Shown: piece after piece, positions 9,432-18,093 of the stretch
How the letters are laid out: every line of letters starts with the position of its first letter
Numbering within the stretch: position 1 is the stretch's first letter
Source: Clostridia bacterium
GTDB lineage: Bacteria > Bacillota > Clostridia > Christensenellales > CAG-1252
Direction: 5' to 3'
Length of the DNA: 46,629 bases
Assembly (NCBI GenBank): GCA_017455605.1
Contig: JAFSZO010000042.1
Span: 1-46,629 of the forward strand
Notes under the pieces: model-generated
What the model saw: only the letters and a program-made list of their open reading frames with translations
Databases searched by the model: none
What the model was told of the DNA's origin: nothing
Translations under genes and position numbers: made by a program

Positions 9432-10727
9432 ATGCAAATCAATACGGCGTTATTCGAGAGAGGAGACAGGATCGGCGTGGCGGTATCGGGCGGCAGGGAC
9501 AGCATGAGCCTGCTGCATTATTTGGTCGAGCATCACAACGACCTCTTGATCCGCGTGATCGCGATCCACGTCGAACACGGCATCCGCGGCGAAGAGAGCC
9601 TCGCGGACCAAGCCTTCGTCCTGAACTACTGCTCCGAACACGACATCCCCGTCTGCTACACCAAGGTGGACGTGCCCGGCTATGCCAAGGATCATCTGAT
9701 CGGCATCGAACAAGCGGCGCGCGAACTGCGGTATCACTATTTCGACGAACTGCTCCGCAAGGGCGTCGTGGACAAGATCGCGACGGCGCACCAACTGGAT
9801 GACCAATGCGAAACGGTGCTGATGCGCATCTTCCGCGGGACGGGCGTCAAGGGACTCGAAGGGATCCCCAGCGCGAGGAGCGGCAAGTACATTCGCCCGA
9901 TGCTCTCGCTGTCCCGCTTGGACATCCAAGAATACTGCGAGGCGCACGCCGTCCCGCACGTCGAAGACAGCACCAACTACAACCTCGAATACACGAGGAA
10001 CTTCATCCGTCACGACGTTCTGCCCGTGGTGGAAAAGATGTTCCCTCAATACAGAAAATCCATCGAACGCCTGACCGGCGCGGCAAAGGAGACCATCGCC
10101 TTTATGGACAGCGTCGCCGTCCCCTACGAGGTGGACGACCGCTCGAGGATCGTCTTCTCGGTGGCGGACCTGACCGCCGCGCACCCCGCCCTCGTGCGGC
10201 ACAGCATCCGCAAGGCGATGATCGAACAGGGCTTTGCCCTCGACTTTGAACAATGCAACCTGATGGACGTCCTCTCCCTACTCAACAAGGAGACGGGCAA
10301 GGAGATCAGCCTGTCGCAGGGACTGATCGCGATCAAGGCGCCCGATCACCTGATGATCATGCGCGCGACCGAGAGCGTCCCCTACGAATTCCCCTTCAAA
10401 AAGGGCGAAACGACATTGCCGAACGGTGCGACCCTGACGGTGGACGACTACCGCGGCGTGGGGCTGCGCTTCGACCCGAAAAAGATCCCCGAAGGCGCCG
10501 TGATCCGCAACCGCCGCGAGGGAGACGTCTTCACGACCTTCGGCGGCTATACCAAGACGCTCGGGAATTACCTGACCAACATCAAGTACCCTAACCGCGA
10601 CCGTGACGACCTGCCCCTGATCGCACACGGCAAAGACGTGCTGGTGATCTGCGGCGTCGAGATCTCCTCCAAGGTCAAAGTGGACGAGAACACGGAAGAC
10701 GTCTTTACGGTCAAAGTGACCAATTGA
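9432..10727 (+). CDS. tilS: tRNA(Ile)-lysidine synthetase
   Basis: PP-loop GVAVSGGRDSMSLLHYL, TAHQLDDQCETVLMRIFRGTG, and a TilS C-terminal domain. Confidence 0.9.
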   Translation: MQINTALFERGDRIGVAVSGGRDSMSLLHYLVEHHNDLLIRVIAIHVEHGIRGEESLADQAFVLNYCSEHDIPVCYTKVDVPGYAKDHLIGIEQAARELRYHYFDELLRKGVVDKIATAHQLDDQCETVLMRIFRGTGVKGLEGIPSARSGKYIRPMLSLSRLDIQEYCEAHAVPHVEDSTNYNLEYTRNFIRHDVLPVVEKMFPQYRKSIERLTGAAKETIAFMDSVAVPYEVDDRSRIVFSVADLTAAHPALVRHSIRKAMIEQGFALDFEQCNLMDVLSLLNKETGKEISLSQGLIAIKAPDHLMIMRATESVPYEFPFKKGETTLPNGATLTVDDYRGVGLRFDPKKIPEGAVIRNRREGDVFTTFGGYTKTLGNYLTNIKYPNRDRDDLPLIAHGKDVLVICGVEISSKVKVDENTEDVFTVKVTN

Positions 10728-10728
10728 C

Positions 10729-12069
10729 ATGACCTCCCTCGAACTGTTGCAAGAGAGAGTGTCCGCGACCCTCTACCTCGTGGGCGGCGCGGTTCGGAAC
10801 GACCTGCTCGGACTGCCCCGTTCGGACGTGGACCTTTGCGGAAACCTATCGCCCGAGCGCCTCGCTGAGGAGACGGTCGGGCTTTTTACCGTACGGGACG
10901 TGAATCCGCGCGTCGGCACGGTCAAACTGCAACGGGGAGAAGACTCCTTTGAATACACGGCGTTTCGACGGGACAGCTACCCGCTCGACTCGGGCCGACA
11001 CGCTCCCGCCGAAGTGATCTTCGTAGGGACTCCCGAGGAGGACGCTTTCCGGCGCGATTTCACGGTCAACGCGATCTACAAGAGCCTCCGAGACGGGACC
11101 GTCCTCGACCCAACGGGCGGACTCGCCGACCTGAAACTGCGCAGGCTGCGCACAACGCGCGAGGCGGAAAAGGTCTTCTCCGAGGACGGACTCCGACTGC
11201 TTAGGCTCGTGCGCCTCGCGGCGGAGCTCGGATTCGAGATCGAGGAACGGACTTTCGCCGCGGCGAAGAAGTACGCGCCTCTGCTCGCGGACATCTCGGT
11301 GGAACGCAAGCGCGAAGAGCTCAATCGGATGCTGGTCGCGGACGAAAAGTACGGCGAAAAGGACGCGGTCCTGCGCGCCTTCTCTTTCCTGCGCGAGCTC
11401 GGGCTTTACCCCTATTTCCTGCCCGAACTCGAGGAAGGGATCGGCGTCACCCAACCGTCCAAATACCACAAATACGACGTGTACGAGCACATCATCCACA
11501 CCGTTGCCGCCGCCCCGCCCCGTCTGCGCCTCGCGGCGCTGCTGCACGACATCGGGAAGCCGCGGTGTATGAAACGGGACGGCAACTTTTATCTGCACTC
11601 GGTCGAGAGCGCGGAGATGACCCGCACGATCCTCTCGAGGCTCCGCTACTCAAACGAGGTGATCGAACGAACGGCGGAGATCGTGAGGTGGCACATGTTC
11701 GACTTCAACGGCGAAGCGTCGATCAACAAGAAGCGCCGTTTCGTCCGGCAGGAATGGGACCTGCTGGAGGACATCGTCCTCCTGAAACACGCGGACAGCA
11801 TCGGCACGGGGTTCTTCACGCAGAACGAATTCGGCGCCGCGCTCCTCGAACTCAAGAAGAAAATGGCGGCGGAAGGGGTCCCGATCCGCATCAAGGACCT
11901 CCCGATCAAGGGAGGAGAACTCGAAGCGCTCGGCATCGAGCCCGCCCTGCGCGCCGAGGTCATGAAGACCCTGCTCGAACGGCAAGCGGACGAGGGCGCG
12001 ATCCGCACGCACGACTATCTGCTCGCGGAAGCGCTTCGCGTGGCGCAGGAATTACGGAGGAAAAAATGA
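10729..12069 (+). CDS. cca: CCA-adding tRNA nucleotidyltransferase (PolyA-pol family plus HD domain)
   Basis: LYLVGGAVRNDLLGLPRSDVDL, RRDFTVNAIY, and HD region LLHDIGKP. Starts 1 nt after the tilS stop. Confidence 0.85.
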   Translation: MTSLELLQERVSATLYLVGGAVRNDLLGLPRSDVDLCGNLSPERLAEETVGLFTVRDVNPRVGTVKLQRGEDSFEYTAFRRDSYPLDSGRHAPAEVIFVGTPEEDAFRRDFTVNAIYKSLRDGTVLDPTGGLADLKLRRLRTTREAEKVFSEDGLRLLRLVRLAAELGFEIEERTFAAAKKYAPLLADISVERKREELNRMLVADEKYGEKDAVLRAFSFLRELGLYPYFLPELEEGIGVTQPSKYHKYDVYEHIIHTVAAAPPRLRLAALLHDIGKPRCMKRDGNFYLHSVESAEMTRTILSRLRYSNEVIERTAEIVRWHMFDFNGEASINKKRRFVRQEWDLLEDIVLLKHADSIGTGFFTQNEFGAALLELKKKMAAEGVPIRIKDLPIKGGELEALGIEPALRAEVMKTLLERQADEGAIRTHDYLLAEALRVAQELRRKK

Positions 12070-13325
12070 CGACGGTCATCATCGTACTATTGGCAATCAA
12101 CCTGATCCTCGGGATCGCGGCGACCGTCGCCGCCTTTTCCGCCAAACGCTCGGGAGGGGGCGTCTCCGAAAAGGAGACAAAATCCATCGTGAAGAGCGAG
12201 AGCGAGTATCAGACCCGTGAGATCACTCACGCGGTGAACGCCGCGAACGGCGCCCTGCTCTCCGCGATCAAGGTGCACACAGAGACGCAGGGGGCGAATA
12301 CCGACCGCTTTATGAACGTGGTCGCCCAAAACGTCGAGGGACAGGACAAGCGGCAACAAGCATTTATGCAAAACGTCGAGACCCGCCTCGAGACGATGAA
12401 AGACAGTCTGGAAAAGGCGCTCTCCGAGGTCAGACAGGAGAACGCGACCCAACTCGAAAAAATGCGCGTCGTCGTGGAAGAGAAGATGCAGGCGACCCTG
12501 ACCGAACGGCTGAATCAGTCCTTCGGCATCATCGGCGAACAGCTCGACAAAGTGCGCGAGGGGCTCGGCGAAATGAAGAACCTGACCGGCGAAGTCACCG
12601 ACCTCAAGAAGGTGATGAACGGCGTCAAGACCCGCGGCGTGTGGGGCGAGCTCTCGCTCGGCGCACTGATCGGCGACCTGCTCGTGAAGGAACAATACGA
12701 GACCAACGCCAAGATCGGCAAGAAGGGCGAAGTCGTGGAGTTCGCCGTCAAACTGCCGGGAAAGGAAGAGGAATCCGTCCTGCTGCCCATCGACGCGAAA
12801 TTTCCGCTCGAGGACTATCAAAAGCTCGTGGAAGCGAGCGAACGCGGAGACAAGGACGCCGTCGAAGCGATGGGCAAGGCGCTCGAAGTACGTATCAAAT
12901 CCGAGGCGAAGGACATCAAGGAGAAATACATCAAGCCGCCGCAGACCACCGACTTCGCCGTGCTGTATCTGCCCATCGAAGGACTCTTCGCCGAGGTGGC
13001 GAAGCGCCCCGGACTGCTGGACGAGATCCAAAACAAATACCGCGTGCTCGTCACCGGTCCCACGACGCTCTCCGCCCTGCTCAACAGCCTGCTGATCGGC
13101 TTTAAGACCGTCGCGATCGAGAAGAACAGCCGCGAGATCTGGAAACTTCTCGCCGCCTTCCGCACGGAGTTCGGCAAGTTCGCCGAACTGCTCGAAAGGG
13201 CGCAAAACAACGCCGAACGCACCTCCGACAACATCCGTGACGTGACGGAGAAGACCCAAAAGATCCGCAAAAAGCTCTCCGCCGTGGAGCTGATCGACGC
13301 CCCCAAGGACGACGAAGAGGAGTGA
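12066..13325 (+). CDS. rmuC: DNA recombination protein RmuC
   Basis: N-terminal TM anchor, long coiled coil, and RmuC nuclease-like C-terminus (GVWGELSLGALIGDLL, LLPIDAKFPLEDY, DFAVLYLPIEGLF). ATGA overlap with the cca stop. The ORF-track start at 11565 is rejected. Confidence 0.88.
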   Translation: MTTVIIVLLAINLILGIAATVAAFSAKRSGGGVSEKETKSIVKSESEYQTREITHAVNAANGALLSAIKVHTETQGANTDRFMNVVAQNVEGQDKRQQAFMQNVETRLETMKDSLEKALSEVRQENATQLEKMRVVVEEKMQATLTERLNQSFGIIGEQLDKVREGLGEMKNLTGEVTDLKKVMNGVKTRGVWGELSLGALIGDLLVKEQYETNAKIGKKGEVVEFAVKLPGKEEESVLLPIDAKFPLEDYQKLVEASERGDKDAVEAMGKALEVRIKSEAKDIKEKYIKPPQTTDFAVLYLPIEGLFAEVAKRPGLLDEIQNKYRVLVTGPTTLSALLNSLLIGFKTVAIEKNSREIWKLLAAFRTEFGKFAELLERAQNNAERTSDNIRDVTEKTQKIRKKLSAVELIDAPKDDEEE

Positions 13326-13329
13326 TTCA

Positions 13330-13981
13330 CCTCCAAATCGCTCAAGCGATCCTCCTTGAAACACAGACCAAAAATGCAAAAGCGATCAGTCCTTTCTCTT
13401 TCATTATTCAGACGATCGTCACCATACGTATCGAAACACCGAAAAGGTGCAGATGCTTGAAGGCATGCTCCCGGCGCTTAGTTTTCATTAACTATTCTTC
13501 ATAGAAAAGTAGCAACGATACACCCCAAGAAATCTTCGACTTATCGGGGACCCCGTGAAGGCGGGGGGTTGCGATCGCTCGGAGCAGGCTCCTCACGCGC
13601 TTTGGCTAAAAACGCCGCACTCGGGGTCCCTGAATAATATGTATTATTCGGGGTGGTCTTGCCGTTTTCTTAACGCGTCGCGCCCCCAAACCCCTAAACG
13701 CTTTTAATCGGATTATTTGCGAGCTAAGCTCGCATTTTAAATCAAATAGACGTAAAACATACACTATTTTTGAAAGGATAGATCGCTCGTAAACGAGCGA
13801 ATGATTTACAAAGGCTATTACAACACAACAGAAACTGCATAGTAAAGGATAGCGAGGAGCGTGGCTCCGCGGGTCAAAAGCTATGAGAGGGAAATTGTGA
13901 GGTGCGTTCTTAAGAAAAACAAGAAGTCCTCGTCGAGCGTTCTTTTTTCGGAGCATCAGCGCCACATTATGCGCGATGTGC
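13330..13981. repeat. Non-coding, hairpin-dense spacer (short stem-loops separated by recurring words)
   Basis: Examples: ATCGC-TCAA-GCGAT, CACC-GAAAA-GGTG, GCGAGC-TAA-GCTCGC, CGCTCG-TAAA-CGAGCG, GGAGC-GTG-GCTCC. The word AAGGATAG recurs before two of the hairpins. No credible ORF. Confidence 0.6.
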
Positions 13982-14372
13982 GACCCGCAACTTGTGCCTT
14001 TTGGCACAAACTTCACTACGCAGTAACTTCACACGGCGGTAGCCGTACTTCACTGCGAAGCAACTTCACTTTTTTGTATCGCCTTCGGCGACATGATGTA
14101 TTTGCTGCGCAAACATGATGTATCTCTCCCTGCGCGGCATTGTCCCTCGCTGTTGCCGCGGCTCTGTCGAGTCGCTATCGCAACGTTTCTCGGGACTGCC
14201 TTGCCTCGCTCGAAAACTGATGTTTTCTTCGCGCTTTGTCGTAGCGTTCATAGGCTCGTTCGCGATGCACTTGCGCGCTACGTTTGCAAGTGCTATTCGC
14301 TCCGCAGCCCATTTCCGCTACGATAATAGGATGAAGTTGGGAAAAGTATTTTTGGAGCCGAAGGCGACCCTT
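13982..14372 (-). repeat. Right arm of large inverted repeat (IR-R)
   Basis: 13982-14125 is the reverse complement of 8892-9035 and carries the same CATGATGTAT and ACTTCAC words. The inner ~245 nt is only partly related to IR-L. Confidence 0.9.
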
Positions 14373-14397
14373 AATTCCTAATTCCTAATTCCTAATT
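14373..14397 (-). repeat. Heptamer microsatellite (AATTCCT)n, outer cap of the right inverted repeat
   Basis: AATTCCT AATTCCT AATTCCT AATT, the reverse complement of the run at 8733-8764. Confidence 0.9.
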
Positions 14398-14494
14398 GAA
14401 AAGACGCCTCTTGGCGTCCGTATTTCCGCATTCTGCATTAGCGCGCGGTTCGCATTTATCATTGGAATGGCAAAAACAGCTCGCCGATAGCCTC

Positions 14495-14523
14495 TTGCAA
14501 ATCATACTTTCGTATGATATAAT
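14495..14523 (+). promoter_or_regulatory. SigA-type promoter (extended -10) of the two-component operon, with a palindrome in the spacer
   Basis: TTGCAA (14495-14500), 17 nt, TGA-TATAAT (14515-14523). The spacer holds ATCATAC-TTTC-GTATGAT. The ATG at 14530 is only 7 nt past the -10. Confidence 0.65.
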
Positions 14524-14529
14524 GGAAAA

Positions 14530-15882
14530 ATGAGCATCAAAAAGAAGCTGTTACTCACGAATTTCATCGTACTCGCCGTCATGGTGGTGCTTGCTTGGAC
14601 CTACAGTTTCTTTGCCAACGCCCTCCTCAACAAGTTCCCGATCACGGGGCCGAACGAGACGGAGTTCAACGCGGTGGTGAACTGTCTGAACAACGCCTCG
14701 CTGTCCGACGACCAAAAGGCGGACGCGCTCGATGCGATCGGCTACAAGCTCAGCATTTACGACACGAACAACGAGCTCGTCAAAGAATACGGCTACTCAC
14801 TGAAAGGCTACGAGCTGAACATCAACACAACGGTCCCGACCCTCGAGGCGTATTCGGACAAGGTCGTCATCGGCAGGTTGAACGGCAATCGCATCTATGC
14901 GGCGGTGAAGCCTATCACCCGCGACGCCCCCTTCCAAACGGCGAAAAACATCGCGCTCGCAGTGATGATCGTCGCCTGTGCGATCGTGGTATCCCTCGCC
15001 TGCTACTATCAGATCTACACGATCTTCCCGCCCCTCACCGTCCTCCAAGGCGGTCTGAAACAGATCGCGGCGGGCAACTACGACTATCAGCTCCGCAGCG
15101 ACAAGCGGGACGAGATCGGCGCGGTGATCGGCGAATTCGAGATGATGCGGCGCAAGCTCGCCGACCTCAACAAGCAAAAGTCGGAGTTCGACCGTCAGCG
15201 CGGTGAGATCATCGCGGGCATCAGCCACGATCTCAAGACCCCGCTGACCACCATCCAAGGCTACACCAAGGGACTGATGGACGGCGTGGCGAACACCCCC
15301 GCCAAGACCGAACGGTATCTGAAGACCATCTACGAGACCGCTCTGACGATGAACGCGCTGGTGAACCAACTCAACGACTTCTCCAAGCTGGACATCGACA
15401 CGATCGAGTATTCCTTCCGCGAGCGCGACCTCGTGGAGCTGATACAGGACTTCGCGGCGATCAACATCCCGATCTACGCGACTAAGGGGCTCAAGATCGA
15501 GACCGACTTTTCGGATACGCCCGTCGAGGCGGACATTGACAAGGATCAATTCCTGCGTGTCGTCCGCAACATCCTCGACAACAGCGTGAAATACAAGGAC
15601 AAACCCGAAGGCGAAGCGAAGATCAAGGTCTACTCGGACGGACAGAACGCCGTCCTCGAGATCGGGGACAACGGTCCCGGCGTCTCGCCGCACGAGATCG
15701 AATACATCTTTGAGAGCTACTACCGCGGCGACCCCTCCCGTACCAACCCGACGACGGGTAGCGGACTCGGGCTCTCCATCGTGAAGACCATCATCACCGC
15801 CCACGACGGCACCGTCCAAGCGGTGAACGACAACGGACTGAAAATCATCATCAAAATTCCCCAAAGGAGGAAAAGAAATTGA
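14530..15882 (+). CDS. Sensor histidine kinase (2 TM, HAMP, HisKA, HATPase_c)
   Basis: H-box GISHDLKTPLTTIQGY, N-box VRNILDNSVKY, G-boxes DNGPGV and GSGLGLSIVK. TM helices lie near residues 8-28 and 140-165. Confidence 0.9.
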   Translation: MSIKKKLLLTNFIVLAVMVVLAWTYSFFANALLNKFPITGPNETEFNAVVNCLNNASLSDDQKADALDAIGYKLSIYDTNNELVKEYGYSLKGYELNINTTVPTLEAYSDKVVIGRLNGNRIYAAVKPITRDAPFQTAKNIALAVMIVACAIVVSLACYYQIYTIFPPLTVLQGGLKQIAAGNYDYQLRSDKRDEIGAVIGEFEMMRRKLADLNKQKSEFDRQRGEIIAGISHDLKTPLTTIQGYTKGLMDGVANTPAKTERYLKTIYETALTMNALVNQLNDFSKLDIDTIEYSFRERDLVELIQDFAAINIPIYATKGLKIETDFSDTPVEADIDKDQFLRVVRNILDNSVKYKDKPEGEAKIKVYSDGQNAVLEIGDNGPGVSPHEIEYIFESYYRGDPSRTNPTTGSGLGLSIVKTIITAHDGTVQAVNDNGLKIIIKIPQRRKRN

Positions 15883-16565
15883 GAAGGATCTTAATCGTAG
15901 AGGACGAGAAAAACATCGCGGAGATCGAGCGGGACTATCTGGAGCTGGACGGCTTTGAGGTCATCATCGAGAACAACGGCGCCACGGGTATGCAGCGCGC
16001 TCTAAAGGAAGAGTTCGACCTCGTGATCCTCGACATTATGCTCCCCGACATGGACGGATTCGAGATCTGTCGCGCGCTCCGCAAGGAGAAGGACGTGCCC
16101 ATCCTGATGGTCACGGCGAAGGTCGCGAGCATCGACAAGGTGCGCGGTCTCGGCATCGGCGCGGACGACTACATCGTCAAGCCCTTCGACCCCGCCGAGC
16201 TCGTGGCGCGCGTCAAGGCGCACATCGCGAGATACGAGAGGATCAAGGGCAATACGCAGGAGAAAGGCGTGGACATCGAATACCGTGATCTCGTGATCAA
16301 GCCCCTGTCCCGCCGCGTCTTCTTCAAGAAGGAAGAGGTCTTCCTGACCGCGAAGGAGTTCGACCTCCTGTACTTCCTCGCCAGCAACCCCAACGTCGTC
16401 TTCCGCAAGGAGACCATCTTTGACAAGGTGTGGGGCGTGGACAGCTTCGGCGACGCGGGCACGGTGGTCGTCCACCTGACGCACATCCGCGACAAGATCC
16501 CGATGGACTACATCGAGACGGTCAGAGGCGTGGGCTACCGCTTCAGTATGCAGCCCGAACAATAA
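15879..16565 (+). CDS. OmpR/PhoB-family response regulator
   Basis: Receiver ILIVEDE...LVILDIMLPDMDGFE...VTAK, plus a winged-helix output domain (LTAKEFDLLYFL, VRGVGYRF). TTG start lies 8 nt after AAAGGAGG. TTGA overlap with the kinase stop. Confidence 0.9.
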   Translation: MRRILIVEDEKNIAEIERDYLELDGFEVIIENNGATGMQRALKEEFDLVILDIMLPDMDGFEICRALRKEKDVPILMVTAKVASIDKVRGLGIGADDYIVKPFDPAELVARVKAHIARYERIKGNTQEKGVDIEYRDLVIKPLSRRVFFKKEEVFLTAKEFDLLYFLASNPNVVFRKETIFDKVWGVDSFGDAGTVVVHLTHIRDKIPMDYIETVRGVGYRFSMQPEQ

Positions 16566-16568
16566 GGT

Positions 16569-17285
16569 ATGTTCGTCGGCGACTACCATACGCACACCAC
16601 CTTCAGCGACGGCAAGGGCAGCGTCCTCGAGAACGCTCTCGCCGCGAAGGAGCGGGGACTCGCCGAGATCGCCGTGACGGACCACGGCTTTCGCATTTTG
16701 ACGATGGGGTTCAAGAAGTATCTCCGCGCCAAAAAGGAATGCGAAGAGGCGGAAAAGCGCACGGGGATCCGCGTGATCGCCGGCATCGAAGCGGACGTCG
16801 TCTCCCCCGAAGGGGACGTGGACATTCGCCCCGACCACGTCGCGCCGATCGATTTCATCATCGTCGGATTCCACAAATTCGCCTTCCCGAAGAACCTTTC
16901 CACCTTCTTCAAAATGTATTTCGTGACCTACTTCAACGGGCTGATCCGCACGAGCAAGAAGGCGCGAGCGCGCAACACCCGCGCGATCATCGCCGCGATC
17001 GAGCGCTACCCCGTCAAGGTCGTCGCCCACCTCAATCATTCGCTCCGCGTGAACGTCGGAGAAGTGGCGGCGGCGTGCGCGAAAAAGGGAGTGCTGATCG
17101 AGCTCAATGCGAAGCATATCAAAGCCCTCAAGGGGCATTGGCACGAACTGGCGGAGAGCGGCGCGAACTTCGTCGTGAATTCGGACGCGCATCGCCCAAA
17201 GGACGTCGGCGACCTGCAAGCCGCCTTTGACTTCGCGGTGAAAAACGGCATCGATCCCGCGCGGATCGTCAACTACAAGGAATAG
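16569..17285 (+). CDS. PHP-family metal-dependent phosphoesterase (histidinol-phosphatase-like)
   Basis: N-terminal DYHTHTTFSDG and VTDHG motifs, with C-terminal NSDAH. Confidence 0.8.
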   Translation: MFVGDYHTHTTFSDGKGSVLENALAAKERGLAEIAVTDHGFRILTMGFKKYLRAKKECEEAEKRTGIRVIAGIEADVVSPEGDVDIRPDHVAPIDFIIVGFHKFAFPKNLSTFFKMYFVTYFNGLIRTSKKARARNTRAIIAAIERYPVKVVAHLNHSLRVNVGEVAAACAKKGVLIELNAKHIKALKGHWHELAESGANFVVNSDAHRPKDVGDLQAAFDFAVKNGIDPARIVNYKE

Positions 17286-17287
17286 CT

Positions 17288-18070
17288 ATGGCAAGGCATT
17301 GTATTCATTACTATTTCTCTCAAAAACTCACGGAGAATGCGTCCTACGCCCTTTCCGCCATCTTCAAACTATACCCCGACGCCTACCTGCTCGGCAGTTT
17401 GGGCGCCGATCTCTTCCCCACCGAACACAAGGCGCGACTCGCCGCCGCGGACCCCATCCAGCTCTTCGGCGTGACCGCCCGCCACATCTTCACGAGCGGC
17501 TCTAAGTGCAAACTGTCCTATATGCTCGGGCTCCTGTCCCATTACGCCCTGGACCGCATCCTGAACCCCTACCTCTCCTACTTCGCCGCAAACGGCGTGG
17601 CGGGGTATTTCGGAGGAAAGGTCGAGACCATCTCCCGCGAGGAGATCGAGATCGGCGTGGACCGCCACGTCGTGCGCGATTACCTCGGCATGGAGAAGGC
17701 GCTCTCCATCGTCGGCGGACTCGGCACCCGCAAACAGGTCTTGGAGGAGATCACCGACCTGTACGGCAGCGTACTCAACGATCTGTCCGACATCTATCTG
17801 AACGGGCACAAGACCTATGCGATGCTCGAACACGTCTGCCCCGACATCCCCCTTGCGGAAGGACTCGGACGGCTGGACTATATGAACCGCGAAAACCGCG
17901 AATGGAAGAACGCGCAGGGAGAAAAAAGGACTCTCTCGGTCGATGAGATCCTGACGAACGAACGGGAGACCGCCTACGCCCTGCTCGAGGAGTATATGGC
18001 GATGGCGAGGAGCGACAAAGCCCCCGACGAGAGCAAATTCGCCGTGAACGGACTCGGCGAAACGATTTGA
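17288..18070 (+). CDS. Hypothetical protein, possibly zinc-dependent phospholipase C-like fold
   Basis: HCIHYYF, LLGSLGADLF and GLLSHYALDRILNPY resemble the His-rich motifs of the Zn-PLC-like family. Not verifiable here. Confidence 0.55.
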   Translation: MARHCIHYYFSQKLTENASYALSAIFKLYPDAYLLGSLGADLFPTEHKARLAAADPIQLFGVTARHIFTSGSKCKLSYMLGLLSHYALDRILNPYLSYFAANGVAGYFGGKVETISREEIEIGVDRHVVRDYLGMEKALSIVGGLGTRKQVLEEITDLYGSVLNDLSDIYLNGHKTYAMLEHVCPDIPLAEGLGRLDYMNRENREWKNAQGEKRTLSVDEILTNERETAYALLEEYMAMARSDKAPDESKFAVNGLGETI

Positions 18071-18093
18071 TCCCCATGTGATCACCGAGAAAA

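Noticed and set aside
11565-12065. N-terminal 167-codon extension of the rmuC ORF
   Set aside because: It lies entirely inside cca in another frame and is Arg/Gly/Pro-rich. The ATG at 12066 gives the typical RmuC TM anchor and an ATGA coupling to cca.
13606-14016. 136-aa ORF (-) in the rmuC to kinase gap
   Set aside because: No SD and no motif. It runs through hairpin repeats and IR-R, and its composition is atypical for the neighbouring genes.
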